A stretch of 64,000 nucleotides of DNA, from the NCBI RefSeq assembly GCF_022045235.1, contig NW_027266275.1, forward strand, positions 73,780,001 to 73,844,000, read 5' to 3'. Shown in pieces: positions 61,937 to 64,000 of the stretch. Source of the stretch: Haliotis cracherodii. Its lineage: Eukaryota. Each line of letters opens with the position of its first letter. The first letter of the stretch is position 1. The notes beneath the pieces were generated by a model that was given only the letters and a program-made list of their open reading frames with translations, had not been told where the DNA came from and searched no databases. Both the position numbers and the translations under genes were made by a program.

Positions 61937-62240
61937 CCGGATCGAAATCGGACCAATCCGAAGCCTGGGTTGTCGACCAATCAGAAGCGGCGCTCGGACC
62001 ATGGCGGGCTCTGATTGGCCGAACCGGGGTTGTGCTTTCTCTCCCATGGTAAAATCCATTTCCAACGGAAAAGAAACACAGGGGTCGGTCCGTTTTGGAA
62101 AACCGAGGTGCTGACCAGGCCCCGGAACGAACCAATCGGAGCTGCGGCCTGGCGAACCAACCAGGAGGGAGGATGTCAGTACCTCTCCTATAAAACAACA
62201 GTGGATTCGAGTGGTTCAGTGTCACTTGTAAAATTGATTT
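61937..62240 (+). promoter_or_regulatory. promoter cassette copy 4
   Basis: CCAAT/ATTGG x4, TATAAAA at 62189, TCAGT at 62216. Confidence 0.78.
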
Positions 62241-62257
62241 AAAAAGAAAGCATCATC

Positions 62258-62590
62258 ATGAGCAACAGCAACAACAACAACAGCAACAACATCAAGTCTG
62301 AAAACTGGGATTTAGAAATCGCCACAGTGAAACAACCTGTGCCCCTGTGGAAAGAAGCATCACCACCACCACCATGGTCTCCAGCATGGCAATGCGACAG
62401 ATGCCAAGGGGGCCTGCCTGTGTACGCCCTTGGTACAAGGGCACGGGATGGGACTTTCGAATGTGTGTACTGCGGCACTGTGCTGAAGGACACCTACGCG
62501 CGTCGGTTAACGCACACCGGTAGGTGTCCTGTCAGACGTCAAATGAAAGTTCACCCGTGCCTTTGCACCATGGCGTGCACATGCATGTAA
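62258..62590 (+). CDS. small Cys-rich zinc-ribbon protein, 110 aa
   Basis: CDRC-x19-CVYC and a C-terminal H/C cluster; bracketed by a promoter cassette and a stem-loop. Confidence 0.65.
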   Translation: MSNSNNNNSNNIKSENWDLEIATVKQPVPLWKEASPPPPWSPAWQCDRCQGGLPVYALGTRARDGTFECVYCGTVLKDTYARRLTHTGRCPVRRQMKVHPCLCTMACTCM

Positions 62591-62597
62591 ATATCAA

Positions 62598-62637
62598 AAC
62601 GGCCCTTTTCAGGGCCACCCATCTCTCCCGAAAGACA
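62598..62637 (+). terminator. histone-type 3' stem-loop and putative HDE ending the Zn-ribbon gene
   Basis: AAAACGGCCCTTTTCAGGGCCACCCA...CCGAAAGAC; stem-loop at 62601-62616, 10 nt after TAA. Confidence 0.8.
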
Positions 62638-63118
62638 ACTTTCCTCCTTTGCTTTGACGACCCTCCAAACCAAACCATGAACCCGTCTCCTCCTCCTTTC
62701 CTCCTTTCCTTCCTCCCTTCATCACCACCACCCTCCCTCCCTCCCTCCCTCCCTCCCTCCACCACCGCCACCCCTGGAGGCGCGCGCCACCGGACACGGA
62801 AGCGCCACCCTCTTGGAGGCGCGCGCCTCCGGACACGGAAGCGACGCCCCTCTTGGAGGCGCGCGACTCCGGACACGGAAGCGACGCCCTCTTGGAGGCG
62901 CGCGCCACCGGACACGGAAGCCACGCCCTCTTGGAGGCGCACGCCACCGGAAACGGAAGCGACGCCATCTTGGAGGCGCACGCGCAGAGTCCCATCATGC
63001 ACTGCGCAGGTCACGTGACCGGAAGTGACGTCACAGAGGATGTGCCGCCATCTTGGTTCCATAATCCTGAGCGGTTCCATAATCCTGAGGTGGTTCCACA
63101 CTACAGTACACAACTACT
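62598..63118 (-). repeat. right TIR (521 bp)
   Basis: inverted copy of 51719-52239. Confidence 0.95.
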
Positions 63119-63849
63119 GACATACACCTTCGACTTGCCCTACCTAGTATCAGTGGCGTGGTCTCTCACAGCGTAAGTGCCCTTTCAGTAAACCTGTACC
63201 TGGCTATATGCAGACAGCAGCAGTATAAGCGCTTAGTGATATGGAAACGGGTCTTTGCCTTCATGGCTTGTTCCTGGACCATCAACATTGCGATCGGCAG
63301 CCTGTACCATGTTGTGCCGTCAGTTTACACAGCTGACCTCAAGTCACGTTCAGATATCCTGTACATGGATATAACGCCCTCCAACTGTTGGTTCTATCTT
63401 CTGCTGGTTTTCAACATACTGCTCATCGCAAATTTCACAGCAGGGTCTTGCTACCTGTGAATTCGTTCTTTTATGAAATGTCCTACCATGTCCACCATAG
63501 GTCCTCACAACATGAATAAGCTGCAGCTTTCTCAGATGATCCCCATCATGACCATCATCTACCTCCTCACCTTCATCCCCATCTATATCATCATCTCCGC
63601 CAAGGTTCAGATACATGGTGTCAAGGCAGTTTTCTGGGTTGTTAACTCTTCCTAGTACGTCCTCAAGATGTTTCTTTACTTCAAGTTGTACAGACCTTTC
63701 AGGGAGACGGCGAGGGCTATTTGCTGCCACTCCTGTCAGAACCGTGTAGGTCCAACACAATAGTAACAAGGTGGCACTGTCCAAACTACTGGGAACAAGT
63801 GAGCTGACAGCCATTTTGAAACACAGTTAAGTCTAGTACATAGCGGAAT

Positions 63850-64000
63850 TTAGTACCGTCTGGTGTCTCGTACCTAGCGGTGTGTAGTACCTACTGGTGT
63901 CTAGTACCTACTGGTGCCTCGTCCCTAGTGGTGTCTAGTACCTACTGGTGCCTCGTCCCTAGTGGTGTCTAGTACCTACTGGTGTCTAGTCCCTAGTGGT
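63850..64000. repeat. 16-17-bp tandem repeat running off the window end
   Basis: GGTGTCTAGTACCTACT / GGTGCCTCGTCCCTAGT units. Confidence 0.85.

Larger units (their letters stand above)
51719..63118. mobile_element. Polinton/Maverick (adintovirus-like) element, 11,400 bp, with no recognisable integrase or virion genes
   Basis: AGTAGT...ACTACT termini, 521-bp TIRs, 6-bp TSD GACATA (51713-51718 and 63119-63124), protein-primed PolB. Confidence 0.95.
51464..63763 (+). pseudogene. intronless rhodopsin-class GPCR pseudogene split by the Polinton (51464-51718 + 63125-63763)
   Basis: removing the element and one TSD restores the frame (MVQFDI|HLRLALP); TM1 IIENIVIIFII, TM2 NHAGADV, TM3 SVNLYLAIC, TM6 YLLTFIP, TM7 VNSS; in-frame stops at 51602, 63458 and 63653. 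Confidence 0.75.

Noticed and set aside
52201-62637. Histone genes near the histone stem-loops
   Set aside because: No histone-fold ORF is present anywhere in the window; the stem-loops follow non-histone ORFs.

Overview
AT-rich animal genomic DNA; the SINE/LINE/MITE landscape suggests a mollusc, possibly a gastropod, but this is inference. 1-51 kb is host sequence: two convergent two-exon SLC16/MCT transporter paralogues (11353-14194 +, 23871-28306 -), a probable multi-exon Thr/Gln-rich gene (45.8-47.8 kb, -), many SINEs and MITEs, LINE/Penelope relics, minisatellites, and a tandem miniature LTR element with tRNA-like LTRs (8387-9080). The main feature is an 11,400-bp Polinton/Maverick (adintovirus-like) element at 51719-63118. 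It has 521-bp TIRs starting AGTAGT and a 6-bp TSD (GACATA), and it splits a GPCR pseudogene. It encodes an intact protein-primed PolB, two BIR proteins, a 4x CCHC zinc-knuckle protein, a spliced E1A-like protein and a small Zn-ribbon protein. I see no integrase, capsid, packaging ATPase or adenain-type protease. Three of its intronless genes end in a perfect replication-dependent histone mRNA stem-loop (GGCCCTTTTCAGGGCC-ACCCA plus a purine-rich downstream element), and four genes are preceded by copies of one multi-CCAAT/TATA promoter cassette. This suggests a virus-like element that expresses non-histone genes through the host histone-mRNA (SLBP/U7) pathway.
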